A stretch of DNA of 64,000 bases, taken from sequence record NC_052659.1; one strand, written 5' to 3'. Of the stretch, positions 1-9,063 are shown piece after piece; positions within the stretch are counted from its first letter, which is position 1; each line of letters begins with the position of its first letter. Below the pieces are notes generated by a model, which had not been told where the DNA came from, ran no database searches, and was given only the letters and a program-made list of their open reading frames with translations. The position numbers were made by a program, and so were the translations under genes. The DNA is from Escherichia phage nieznany.

Positions 1-243
1 GTGACCAAAGATCCAATTAATTTGCCTCCTAATGTGGTAGCTTGTTGTGGGAGTGGTTCAGGGGAAGTGGAGCCTGTATCCCGTTGGGAATTAACTAAAG
101 CTGTTTCAAAACGAAACGGTGAAGTTTTGAATATTGATATCGAGCAAATATGGACTTCTCCAGCAGCTAAATGGAATGATCCGAATGGTTGGGACTTGTT
201 CTTCTGGGATAATGAAACTGATGATGAGGTATTTTTAAAATGA
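1..243 (+). CDS. hypothetical protein (possibly 5' truncated at window edge)
   Basis: ORF begins at base 1 with GTG; no recognisable motif. Confidence 0.25.
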   Translation: MTKDPINLPPNVVACCGSGSGEVEPVSRWELTKAVSKRNGEVLNIDIEQIWTSPAAKWNDPNGWDLFFWDNETDDEVFLK

Positions 244-426
244 AATACTTGTTGGTTGTGTTTGAAAATATTTGTTTTGCAATAGGGTTGTTTGTTGTAA
301 TTTTTGTATTGACAAGCGTAATCAACGGCAGTAAAGTGAGTTTATACCGAGATGGAGAGCAACTTTATTGCTTCTCTGGAGATTTCAAACACAGATGTAT
401 TAATAGCCAAAACGAGGAAAGCAAAT

Positions 427-864
427 ATGAAAAAACTAGCCCTGATTTTAATTGGTTGTATCTTTTTAACAGCTTGCGAGGATGAGACAAATCCTGCACA
501 ATACCAACAACCTCCTCAACAATACGCTCAACAAGGATCTGACGGAGATACAACTATTATCAACAATGGTGGCGGTTCTAGTAGTAGCGGTGTTGGTGAG
601 TTTGCTACAGGTATGTTGTTAGGGCATATGATGAGTGGCGGTAGTAATCGTAGCAGTGGGGATTATAACGATAACAGAACGATTATTAATAAGCATTATA
701 ATACACCTAAACCGAAAACTAATTTTTATGGTAAGCCTAAACAAGAGATAAAAACTTATGAAAAGCCGAGACAAACTTTTAAAACAAATAGTAGCTATAC
801 AACTCGTAAATCTTACAATAGCCCTTTAAGTAAAAAGAGTTCATCTCGTAGCAAGCGACGTTAA
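427..864 (+). CDS. putative lipoprotein, Gly/Ser-rich
   Basis: Internal ATG at 427 preceded by AGGAAA; N-terminus MKKLALILIGCIFLTAC = signal peptide with lipobox Cys; track start 352 rejected. Confidence 0.5.
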   Translation: MKKLALILIGCIFLTACEDETNPAQYQQPPQQYAQQGSDGDTTIINNGGGSSSSGVGEFATGMLLGHMMSGGSNRSSGDYNDNRTIINKHYNTPKPKTNFYGKPKQEIKTYEKPRQTFKTNSSYTTRKSYNSPLSKKSSSRSKRR

Positions 865-878
865 TAAGGAGAAAAACA

Positions 879-1472
879 ATGACAATTTCTATTCGTACTT
901 CCATTACAGGTGTTAAAAGTTTGCCTAATGCTTTGCAAATCACACGTGCTTTGAGGGATACGTTCTCTGCTGTGGATGAGCATAAGATGCTCGATAATCT
1001 CTCAAATTGGCCCTATTTTCATTATTTTAAAAATGAAGACGACGAGTTTATAGACGCTGTTTCTTACGGTTATGATTTCGGTAAGGAGGTTTCTCCTGAA
1101 GAATTTGTAGTTATGGTGTTCCCAAACGGTTTGCCTACTCGCAGTAAACGTAAAAAAGGACCAAAAAACAAGAAACGTGCTACTAATAAAGCTACCATTT
1201 TCTTTACTGATGGCACACAATATACGATTAAAGATTTTGAAGAGGTATCTTATACAGCAGGTGGGAATCTTTCTTTCTACACCATCAAAAAACAAAACTC
1301 TACGTTCAGCCATGTTTCTAACATGATTGAAATGTTAGTAGAAGATATTGAAAGCGTAGCTGTGTTAGGTATGCATAAAAGCTTTTTAATTACAAATATT
1401 TCAGATTTCAGTGCACGTTTATCTGGTCCTGATTTTGAAACCACGACCACGCATTTCACTTTTAAGGTGTAA
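879..1472 (+). CDS. hypothetical protein
   Basis: ORF with RBS AAGGAG upstream of ATG. Confidence 0.45.
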   Translation: MTISIRTSITGVKSLPNALQITRALRDTFSAVDEHKMLDNLSNWPYFHYFKNEDDEFIDAVSYGYDFGKEVSPEEFVVMVFPNGLPTRSKRKKGPKNKKRATNKATIFFTDGTQYTIKDFEEVSYTAGGNLSFYTIKKQNSTFSHVSNMIEMLVEDIESVAVLGMHKSFLITNISDFSARLSGPDFETTTTHFTFKV

Positions 1473-1475
1473 GTT

Positions 1476-2066
1476 ATGTATACCGAGAGAGACTTGCAAC
1501 TCTTGTGGTGGGAAGTGATGCAGGAAATAAAAGAAGATTTTCCTGTTTACTACAACATGTTACGTGAAGCAGGATATAAAGCTTGTGTTAGAAACAAAGT
1601 GAATAACTCTTTCGGTTGGTGCAACTACCGAGATAAAATTGTTGTTGTAAATTGGCACTTGCATAAGAACTCTACAAGAGATATGATCGTGGATACAATG
1701 AAGCACGAAATTGCTCATGCTATTGATGGTTGTATGGGTAAGTTTAGTAGACACGGTGCTCATTGGCAAAAACTGGCAGCAGAGTTAGGGGCTAATCCTA
1801 AAGCCACTTCCAAAGAGCCGTTGAACCACGAATATAAATATGTTCTTGTTCTGGTAGATAGGTTTGCGACAAGATGTGTTAGAGGTTATAATCGTAAACC
1901 TAATCGCATGTACCCAGGTAAGCAACCTAATATGTGGTTGAAATCAGATAAAGAAGGGACCGAAGGAAAATTATGGTTGTATAAATGGGACGATTGGGTT
2001 AAAGTAGCTAAAGAGTACGGTGTTTCACCATATATAAGAGATGCAGAAGAGGAGAATGAAGAATGA
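1476..2066 (+). CDS. putative SprT-like zinc metalloprotease
   Basis: HEIAH (HExxH) motif followed by a downstream His, as in SprT-like domains. Confidence 0.4.
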   Translation: MYTERDLQLLWWEVMQEIKEDFPVYYNMLREAGYKACVRNKVNNSFGWCNYRDKIVVVNWHLHKNSTRDMIVDTMKHEIAHAIDGCMGKFSRHGAHWQKLAAELGANPKATSKEPLNHEYKYVLVLVDRFATRCVRGYNRKPNRMYPGKQPNMWLKSDKEGTEGKLWLYKWDDWVKVAKEYGVSPYIRDAEEENEE

Positions 2067-3175
2067 CAAGTCCATTTTTAAAAGCAGCTACTGGCGGTCA
2101 GAAGAAGCCTGAAATGAGCGTATTTGCTGCAACAACAGATGCAAGTAAATCTGTATTCGCTCCAAGCGTGTTAGATGCCAGTCCTGTTTATGCACCAGCG
2201 GCACCGCAAGAAGTTCCAGTTTTGCCTTCTATGACCCGACAAGAGATCGAAGAGATTGGGGCAGAGGCAGGAACAACCTTGCGTTCCTTGAATGCCGAGG
2301 TATTAAAACATCAACGTAGTAATCAAGGCGATCAGATGAGTGAACGACTCACAGCTTTGATTAAACAGGCAAAACAACTTGATCCAAACTCTATTAAACA
2401 AAGCAAGGGTATTACTAAACTCATTAAAAAAGTTATGGGTATGAAAGAAGATCTGTTTGGGGAGTTTGATAATGTTAATAACCGTATTGAAGAGTTGGTA
2501 AAAAACCTTCAAATGGATATTCGCAAAGAAGAAGATTCCTTGGTATATCTTGAAAAGCTACATCAAGCTATTGGACAATATGCTGCAAGTTTGAACCGAG
2601 ATATGCAGCTTCTAACAGCAACCTATGAAAAAGAAGAACAAGCTTTGGCTGCTCTTCCAGAAGATGCAGTAGAACAGCGACAAGTGATCCGAGATACTTT
2701 GGATCTTCTGGAGATTCGTATTGCAGATTTAAAAGCATTGCGCCTACTGTGTGTCCAAATGGGACCGCGTGTACAAGGTATGCAAAAAGTTTCTGCAAGC
2801 TTAATGCGATCTGCGCGTAACATAGTAAATAATGTTATTCCTGCTTACTCTGCTAACTTCTCAATGTATATCGAGAGCTTACGTCAAATGAAAGCAGCAG
2901 AGACGCAGAATAACGTTCTTGATGAATTTAACCTGGCAATTAAACTGGGTAGCGATCTTGCCACACAGAATCAGATCGAAGCAGCAGCACTGGCTAACCG
3001 TCAAGTGTTGGATATTGAAACTCTGCGTCACGATCAGGAAAACTTGGTTAAGATGTTGGAAGAAACTAACCGCATCAATACGGAAGCCCGTGCTGCTCGT
3101 GTTGATTATATTAATGAAGTTCAATCTTTGGAAGACGGGATGGTAGCTGCTGTGAAACGAGGGCTTGGTAAATGA
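2063..3175 (+). CDS. alpha-helical coiled-coil protein, possibly TelA-like (toxic anion resistance family)
   Basis: 370 aa, predicted helical with coiled-coil character; sits upstream of vWA and TerD genes; family assignment is inference only. Confidence 0.35.
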   Translation: MTSPFLKAATGGQKKPEMSVFAATTDASKSVFAPSVLDASPVYAPAAPQEVPVLPSMTRQEIEEIGAEAGTTLRSLNAEVLKHQRSNQGDQMSERLTALIKQAKQLDPNSIKQSKGITKLIKKVMGMKEDLFGEFDNVNNRIEELVKNLQMDIRKEEDSLVYLEKLHQAIGQYAASLNRDMQLLTATYEKEEQALAALPEDAVEQRQVIRDTLDLLEIRIADLKALRLLCVQMGPRVQGMQKVSASLMRSARNIVNNVIPAYSANFSMYIESLRQMKAAETQNNVLDEFNLAIKLGSDLATQNQIEAAALANRQVLDIETLRHDQENLVKMLEETNRINTEARAARVDYINEVQSLEDGMVAAVKRGLGK

Positions 3176-3372
3176 GAATCCGTATCTATATAATTGATGA
3201 GGACATTGGTGTCCGTTATGATGACGAAAAACGATTCGCGCCGATGGGAGGCATATATCCCCCAAGTGTTCTAGCAGTTTGTCGTGATTGTTATATTTAT
3301 GAAGGTTGTCGTAACTTCCGTAAATTCGAACTCCTTGCAGATATTGACTTCAATGAGGAGGAGGAGGAGTAA
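3172..3372 (+). CDS. hypothetical protein
   Basis: ORF overlapping upstream stop by 4 nt (translational coupling); acidic C-terminus. Confidence 0.3.
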   Translation: MRIRIYIIDEDIGVRYDDEKRFAPMGGIYPPSVLAVCRDCYIYEGCRNFRKFELLADIDFNEEEEE

Positions 3373-3545
3373 TGAAAATATTACGAGTGAATATTGAAAC
3401 TGCTTGGTGTGGATGCAATGAGGTTGTGGATATCGAAATTGAAGATGATATGTCTCAAGAGGATATAGAAGATCTTGCACACGAAACCTTTCAGGACTAT
3501 TGTAATTACGGGTTCCATATTTTAGAGGAGGAAGAGGATGTTTAA
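3372..3545 (+). CDS. hypothetical small acidic protein (57 aa)
   Basis: ATG at 3372 preceded by GAGGAGGAGG; below the 60-aa cutoff of the ORF track. Confidence 0.25.
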   Translation: MKILRVNIETAWCGCNEVVDIEIEDDMSQEDIEDLAHETFQDYCNYGFHILEEEEDV

Positions 3546-3741
3546 CTACGATAACGACCCTAATATTATCCAGTTAACCCGACAAGAACTGATCACAATC
3601 ATTGAAGATGCTTTTATTGATGGCTGGAATACACAAGACAATGATTGGGGTGGACCCGAAGCTTTTCTGGAACATCATAAAGCTTATGGAGAATTTTGTG
3701 AAACCACTGTAGCTCTTGATAATCTGAAGGAGGGTTTGTAA
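3538..3741 (+). CDS. hypothetical protein
   Basis: ORF in tight early-gene array. Confidence 0.35.
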   Translation: MFNYDNDPNIIQLTRQELITIIEDAFIDGWNTQDNDWGGPEAFLEHHKAYGEFCETTVALDNLKEGL

Positions 3742-4304
3742 TGGGTTGTTTTAGCTTTTTGTGCAAAGAATCGGGCAAAGCTGCCCTTTCTACTTCTTTC
3801 GACGGATCACCTTGTTATCTCTTTCTTTTGAAGGACGGTGTTGTTATTGAAGAGATGTATGGCAACTATGATAGTTATGGTTGTGTTTTCTCTGGAAAGG
3901 AGGATGAAAATGGCGTTCGTGAACGGTTCGAATGGGCTATGGATTGGGGTAAGGTTTGTGATTTAATGCATTCCTCGAATCCAAGGGATGGTATCGCTAT
4001 GGTGCTGGAAGAGTATTTTACAGGTGAAATCCCTACAGAACAATCTGACGGAGATCCTAACCAAGGTTGGGGTGATGGCGAAGAAGATCCAGATTGTTTT
4101 TTCAGCACAGAAAAGAATAAGTTTAAACGTGTTGACAACCCTTATCACAAAGTGCATAATACTCTCATTGAAACAGAAGATGACAAGATGGAAATTGAAG
4201 AAGATGATCCTCTTGTAACACTTCCTATAAGTGAGTTACAAAAGATCACTAAGGAAGCTTACGATTTGGGCTTCAAAATTGGTAGAGGAGGTATGCGTGT
4301 TTAG
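3741..4304 (+). CDS. hypothetical protein
   Basis: ORF, RBS GGAGGG upstream. Confidence 0.4.
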   Translation: MGCFSFLCKESGKAALSTSFDGSPCYLFLLKDGVVIEEMYGNYDSYGCVFSGKEDENGVRERFEWAMDWGKVCDLMHSSNPRDGIAMVLEEYFTGEIPTEQSDGDPNQGWGDGEEDPDCFFSTEKNKFKRVDNPYHKVHNTLIETEDDKMEIEEDDPLVTLPISELQKITKEAYDLGFKIGRGGMRV

Positions 4305-4575
4305 ATTCAATATTCAAGAAGAAAAAAGTCAGGATTTACCTATTGCTTTCGAAGATCTTGACGTAGGGGCCACATTCATGTATTATGATGCCTATGAAGA
4401 CGCAGGGTTGGATACCTACCGTAACTTGGTGTTCATTAAAAATTCCACAAACAGTGCGATTTGTATTAATGGATCACTAGCACAACGAGGCTATACTCAT
4501 TGCATCCCACCAGATACAAATATGGTGGAAGTAGATTTAGAAGTTACCAATATTACACTTAAGAAGGAGAAATAA
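4297..4575 (+). CDS. small protein, paralog A of duplicated Ter-associated ORF
   Basis: GTG start 6 nt after GAGGAGG; paralogous to 5597..5866 (shared DLDVG.TF, ITLK); directly precedes vWA gene. Confidence 0.45.
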   Translation: MFRFNIQEEKSQDLPIAFEDLDVGATFMYYDAYEDAGLDTYRNLVFIKNSTNSAICINGSLAQRGYTHCIPPDTNMVEVDLEVTNITLKKEK

Positions 4576-4576
4576 T

Positions 4577-5371
4577 ATGTCCGAGAAAATCAGCCTGAAA
4601 AAACGTCAAGAAAACCTTGCTTTCTCTCTGAAAAAGAATAAGAACCTGAATGAAGGTAAGATTGTTCTTCGTGTAGCATGTGCTCTAGATATTTCTGGTA
4701 GTATGCATGGTCTATATTCTAGTGGGGTAGTGAGTGATTTTGTAGGTAAACTGCTTCCTTTTGGTATGCTGTTCGACGATAATCAACAAATTGATATGTG
4801 GGCCTTCAATACGAGTTCCCAAGAGCTTACTCCAGCAACAGCAGACGTTTACGATGACTATGTTGGTAAATGTATGCGTAATGTTCGTATCGGAGGTGGA
4901 ACAAATTACGCCCCTGTAATGGCAGATATCTACGATGAGTATTTTGGCACTGTTACCAAATATATTACCACTAAACAAGTGGTACAAGAGGAGGCTCCAA
5001 AGAAAGGCTTCTTTAATCGTCTGCTTGGTAAAACTGAAACAGTGTCTGTAGAGCGTGAAAAAGTTGTAGCTGTATCTGAACCAGGTGCTGACGTTACCCC
5101 TGGTGTTGTATTCTTCCAGACGGATGGTGAGAATGGTGATCCTAGTGCTGTTCGTCGTCTTATTGAAGAGAATAAGAATAAACCTATTTATTGGTTCATG
5201 GTTGGCGTTGGTAATGAGAAGTTTGGCTTCCTGAAAGAACTGGCAAATGCTTATGATAATGTTGGTTTTATTGGCATTAAAGATTTAGACTTGACAGATT
5301 CAGAGCTTTATGACAAACTCTTATCTGAAGAGTTCGGAGAGTGGGTTGTTAAAGTAGGTGCTAAAAAATGA
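4577..5371 (+). CDS. von Willebrand factor A domain protein with TerD-like N-terminal leader (TerY/TerF-like)
   Basis: MIDAS-like DISGS motif, GGGTNY and TDGENGD motifs; N-terminus SEKISLKK resembles TerD N-terminus. Confidence 0.55.
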   Translation: MSEKISLKKRQENLAFSLKKNKNLNEGKIVLRVACALDISGSMHGLYSSGVVSDFVGKLLPFGMLFDDNQQIDMWAFNTSSQELTPATADVYDDYVGKCMRNVRIGGGTNYAPVMADIYDEYFGTVTKYITTKQVVQEEAPKKGFFNRLLGKTETVSVEREKVVAVSEPGADVTPGVVFFQTDGENGDPSAVRRLIEENKNKPIYWFMVGVGNEKFGFLKELANAYDNVGFIGIKDLDLTDSELYDKLLSEEFGEWVVKVGAKK

Positions 5372-5616
5372 TCGACGAGCTTGCCTCTCAAGTCGTAGAA
5401 AATTATTGGCGCGAGAGAGAAGCTTTCATTATGCGCAGTCTCAAAGAGTATTTCATTGGGACTGTGCGAATGGAAGATATTGTAAGTAGAGTAGAGATTC
5501 ATGTATGGCCCGATTATGAAGAATGGGTTGACAAAGAAAATGAAAATGCTATAATTCTTCGTATATACAAACCGGAGATAACATTAGGAGGAAGAAGTGT
5601 TAAACTTCGAAATTGA
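5368..5616 (+). CDS. hypothetical protein
   Basis: ORF overlapping neighbours by a few nt. Confidence 0.35.
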   Translation: MIDELASQVVENYWREREAFIMRSLKEYFIGTVRMEDIVSRVEIHVWPDYEEWVDKENENAIILRIYKPEITLGGRSVKLRN

Positions 5617-5866
5617 TGAGCAAAAAGTAAATAAACGATGCCTTACCATTAAAGATTTGGATGTAGGAGATACTTTCGTCTATGAAAATGCATTTGACGA
5701 AAATGGTTTAGACCTTAGTGAAATCATTGTTTATTTAAAAGTAGATGATGGGGAAAATGATTATTCTGCTGTAGAACTAAACCATCATGCACAATTAGTA
5801 TCAATCCAAAACACATCTAAGCTTTTGGAAGTAGAATTGACTGTAACTGGTATTACACTTAAATAA
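5597..5866 (+). CDS. small protein, paralog B of duplicated Ter-associated ORF
   Basis: GTG start after AGGAGG; paralog of 4297..4575; directly precedes TerD gene. Confidence 0.45.
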   Translation: MLNFEIDEQKVNKRCLTIKDLDVGDTFVYENAFDENGLDLSEIIVYLKVDDGENDYSAVELNHHAQLVSIQNTSKLLEVELTVTGITLK

Positions 5867-5881
5867 TAGAGGAGACAAAAG

Positions 5882-6484
5882 ATGACTGATAAAATTTCCC
5901 TGAAAAAAGGCTCTAGCGAAAAAATTTCCCTGAAGAAAGTTGCTCCGGCTCTGAAAGAACTGCGCCTGGAATTCTCTTGGAAATCTGATTCTAAACTGGA
6001 TCTGGATGTAAGTGCACTGGTTTGTCGTCACAATGCCGCTGGCAATCCTGAAATGCTGTCTGCACGTCATCTGGTTTGCTATGCTAACAAGTTTGATCCT
6101 GAACGTTCTACCTTCGCTGGTGACGATGTTCGTGATGGGACTGGCAGCATGGAGCAGATTGATATTACTCTGGCTAAAATCTCTCCTGATGCACAAGAGA
6201 TTGCCTTTGTTCTGACCATTGATGATGATACAGGTCTGAAACGTTTTGGTCATGCTTCTGAAGGTATGCTTAAAATCTTCGACTCCGAGCGTAATGTGGA
6301 AATTCTGGATTTTGACTTCCTGGCTCCTGAAGTAGCTGGCAACACAATCTGCCACGTGGCTTCCCTGGTTCGTGAAGATGGAGAATGGAAGCTGAAAGCA
6401 TATGGTGTAGGTAAAGCTGGTCTGGATATTTGCGATGTGGTGATGGCCTTCGGTGGTAAAAAAGAATGGTATGAATGTCCATAA
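5882..6484 (+). CDS. TerD-domain protein (tellurite resistance TerD/TerE/TerZ family)
   Basis: N-terminal repeated KISLKKG/KISLKKV, central LTIDDDTG acidic patch, C-terminal GEWK.KAYGVGKAGLD, about 200 aa: pattern of TerD family. Confidence 0.7.
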   Translation: MTDKISLKKGSSEKISLKKVAPALKELRLEFSWKSDSKLDLDVSALVCRHNAAGNPEMLSARHLVCYANKFDPERSTFAGDDVRDGTGSMEQIDITLAKISPDAQEIAFVLTIDDDTGLKRFGHASEGMLKIFDSERNVEILDFDFLAPEVAGNTICHVASLVREDGEWKLKAYGVGKAGLDICDVVMAFGGKKEWYECP

Positions 6485-6502
6485 TAATTAACAAATGATT
6501 TT

Positions 6503-6523
6503 GAGGGGGAGAAGTCCCCCCTC
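6503..6523 (+). terminator. GC-rich hairpin after TerD gene (weak intrinsic terminator)
   Basis: GAGGGGGAG..TCCCCCCTC stem; no clear T-run. Confidence 0.3.
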
Positions 6524-6524
6524 T

Positions 6525-6553
6525 TGCAATAAAGCCTCTATCGTGTTATACTA
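6525..6553 (+). promoter_or_regulatory. sigma70-like promoter (TTGCAA-17-TATACT)
   Basis: -35 TTGCAA 6525..6530, 17-nt spacer, -10 TATACT 6548..6553; RBS AGGAGG and TTG start at 6585 follow. Confidence 0.5.
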
Positions 6554-6584
6554 GAAGTTCGTTAACTTAAAAAGGAGGCAAAAT

Positions 6585-7106
6585 TTGCTGATAAAAAACT
6601 TTGTAACAGTTGCGTTACTATCCTTAACTGCTTTTACATTTACACCTGTTGTGGCGAAAGCCGAAGCTGCAAACGTAAAAACCGCTAAAGTAGTTCACAA
6701 ATGTACAAAGCAATATAATGATAAAATTCTATTAGCTTGTGCAATTTACGCAGAAGGTCGCGGTCTGGGTAAAAAAGGAATGAATGCCGTTGGGAATGTG
6801 GTAATCAACAGAAGAAATGATGCCTACTTCCCTAACACAGTCAAGGGAGTCTTGTTCCAGAAAGGGCAATTCTCATATGCGAAAACTTTTAACGTGACAG
6901 AGAAAGATAAGTGGCAGGAAGCAAAAGCAATAGCGGAGCGTTTACTTTATTTAGAGAAACATTTTCCTGAATTGCGGTCTGTTTTAGATGTTACTAAAGG
7001 TGCTCTATACTTCAAGAAACGGAATATAAGGACACACTGGGAGCGTGATATGCGTCTTGTTTATCGAGATAAAGTGCATGGTTTCTATCTACCAAAGGGG
7101 AGTTAA
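6585..7106 (+). CDS. SleB/CwlJ-like cell wall hydrolase with N-terminal signal sequence (endolysin candidate)
   Basis: AIYAEGRG...GMNAVGNVVINRR...VLFQKGQFSYA matches Hydrolase_2 signature; hydrophobic N-terminus. Confidence 0.55.
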   Translation: MLIKNFVTVALLSLTAFTFTPVVAKAEAANVKTAKVVHKCTKQYNDKILLACAIYAEGRGLGKKGMNAVGNVVINRRNDAYFPNTVKGVLFQKGQFSYAKTFNVTEKDKWQEAKAIAERLLYLEKHFPELRSVLDVTKGALYFKKRNIRTHWERDMRLVYRDKVHGFYLPKGS

Positions 7107-7107
7107 A

Positions 7108-7392
7108 ATGCAAGAAGATAATACTGTTGTTGTAGCAAGTTACCTGGTTGTCGGTCTTACCGAAGAGGACGTATACTACACCCGTAAACATTTGGAAGCA
7201 TACGCTACTTTGTTTATGGAAGATGAAAAGGATGTAGATAAATATAGCATTGATATGATCAACGACAGTATTTATCCTTGTATGGTTCTTAAAGTAGATG
7301 CTGTGCTGTGGGAGCGTTTTGCAAGGACTCATGATGCTGTAGAATGCTCCGCAGTAATGTCTCAAAACAACATTTTAGGGGAGATTCACTGA
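7108..7392 (+). CDS. hypothetical protein
   Basis: ATG at 7108 after AGGGGAG; track start 7045 rejected. Confidence 0.4.
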   Translation: MQEDNTVVVASYLVVGLTEEDVYYTRKHLEAYATLFMEDEKDVDKYSIDMINDSIYPCMVLKVDAVLWERFARTHDAVECSAVMSQNNILGEIH

Positions 7393-7622
7393 TGGGAGAA
7401 GTCATTGAAGTAAATTTTCGCACTAAACAAAAAGTGCAAAAATATGTTGTTATTAAAAACATTTGCGTTGTCTGCTTCAATACTGTAATATACGATTCAC
7501 GACGCGGAGAAAACGAAAATGAACCTTACATTGAAATTTCTAAGAACAAAGGTCAATGTATTTGTAAGAACTGTGCAGTAGCTATTAAGGAGGTTGTAAA
7601 TGAAAACGCTTGGGACCAATGA
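7392..7622 (+). CDS. putative zinc-ribbon protein
   Basis: ATGA overlap with upstream stop; two CxxC pairs (CVVC, CKNC). Confidence 0.35.
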   Translation: MGEVIEVNFRTKQKVQKYVVIKNICVVCFNTVIYDSRRGENENEPYIEISKNKGQCICKNCAVAIKEVVNENAWDQ

Positions 7623-7791
7623 AACTGGCGAGATCTCTCTTCAAGAAGTGACAAACGACAAGCTGATTAAACTACGGGATGTAGCTCGTGACCATCTCCA
7701 AGAATCTTTTAAAGAATATATGGAAGCACGAGATCGTGTCATCCAAATCCAACAAGAAATGATTAAACGTGGGATTGTAGCTGACAGTTAA
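7600..7791 (+). CDS. hypothetical protein
   Basis: ATG after AAGGAGG. Confidence 0.35.
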   Translation: MKTLGTNETGEISLQEVTNDKLIKLRDVARDHLQESFKEYMEARDRVIQIQQEMIKRGIVADS

Positions 7792-7807
7792 TATAACGGA
7801 GGGGAGA

Positions 7808-8371
7808 ATGATTTATTATATTACTCCCTATCTGACAGGAAATATCGGCAAGGCTATCAATGAAGCTATTGCCGTTCTTCCAGATGATAGTTGGGTGTGC
7901 TTAAGAGATACCGATACAATGTTCCTCCTGCCTGATCAACCATCTATGCTTGAAGAGCTTATTATGTCAAACCCGCCTTTTGATGTAATAGGTGCAACTT
8001 GTAACAGGTTAGGTAGTGGTTATCAGCTTTTCTCTAACCAAATTAACGATGATCCAAATATTCTAAACCATATAGAATATGCTAAGATTGCAAGAGAATA
8101 TCATAAAGTGAGTGTTGAAGAAGTTCCTTTCGGAACACCTCTGGCAGGTTTCTTTTTGCTTTTTAGAAAATCATTGTGGAATGAAATTCCTTTCGAAGAA
8201 AAATCTATCCAATTCGACCTAATTTTCTCTCGCACTTTACATGAAAAAGGAAAAAGGTTAGGATTGATGCGGGGAATGTATCTGTTTCACATTTACAGAT
8301 TAGGTCAAACAAATCCTCAACGGTCTATACATCATTTATTACACTGTCACGATCACAGTAAAACTATCTAG
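7808..8371 (+). CDS. hypothetical protein, possible GT-A-like glycosyltransferase
   Basis: DTD acidic motif; adjacency to other putative glycosyltransferases; weak. Confidence 0.3.
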   Translation: MIYYITPYLTGNIGKAINEAIAVLPDDSWVCLRDTDTMFLLPDQPSMLEELIMSNPPFDVIGATCNRLGSGYQLFSNQINDDPNILNHIEYAKIAREYHKVSVEEVPFGTPLAGFFLLFRKSLWNEIPFEEKSIQFDLIFSRTLHEKGKRLGLMRGMYLFHIYRLGQTNPQRSIHHLLHCHDHSKTI

Positions 8372-8379
8372 GAGAGAAA

Positions 8380-9063
8380 ATGGAAAATATTAAAATCGGA
8401 GTGGGTGTTATCACTGTAGGTGTCCGTCCACTTAAAGACTATCTTGTAACAGATCCACATGCAGATTTTCGAGTATTCAACGATCCAGATCGTAAAGGTG
8501 TAGCTTACGCCAGGAATGAACTTATGCACCAGTTTTATGAAGAAGGTTATGATTATTGGTTTATTTTTGACGACGATTGCTACCCAATCATGGAGGGATG
8601 GGAAACATATTTTGTAGATCAAGCTGTCTCTGGAGGATGGGATTTCTTTGGTATGCCGGAGTATTTCAAAGATAAAGTTGTTGGGAGTAAAGGAGAAGTT
8701 ATTCTCTGGGAACTTGCAATGTGTCAATTTGCAATGTATTCTCGTGCCGTTGTTGAGAAGATGGGTTATTTCCGCCCTTACACTCACGGCTATGGTTTTG
8801 AAGATGCTGAATGGGTACACCGTTTGAAAGCTGCTGGTTTGAATCAGGGCATTCAGGCAATACCTTGTCCACTTCATATCATGGCTTATATCCACCCAGA
8901 CGATGTTTTTGGAAACAATCCTATGCCTTTTGCTAATCTGACAAAAGAAGAGAAAGAAGCTGCTATTGGCATTAACTGGGAAGAATATAAAGCGTCTTTA
9001 GAAGATATTAAAAATGGGAAAATCCGAATTTCTTATGAGGAGGCACTGGCACATGTCAAATAA
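8380..9063 (+). CDS. hypothetical protein, possible GT-A-like glycosyltransferase (DxD)
   Basis: FIFDDDCYP motif resembles DxD of GT-A fold enzymes; weak. Confidence 0.3.
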   Translation: MENIKIGVGVITVGVRPLKDYLVTDPHADFRVFNDPDRKGVAYARNELMHQFYEEGYDYWFIFDDDCYPIMEGWETYFVDQAVSGGWDFFGMPEYFKDKVVGSKGEVILWELAMCQFAMYSRAVVEKMGYFRPYTHGYGFEDAEWVHRLKAAGLNQGIQAIPCPLHIMAYIHPDDVFGNNPMPFANLTKEEKEAAIGINWEEYKASLEDIKNGKIRISYEEALAHVK

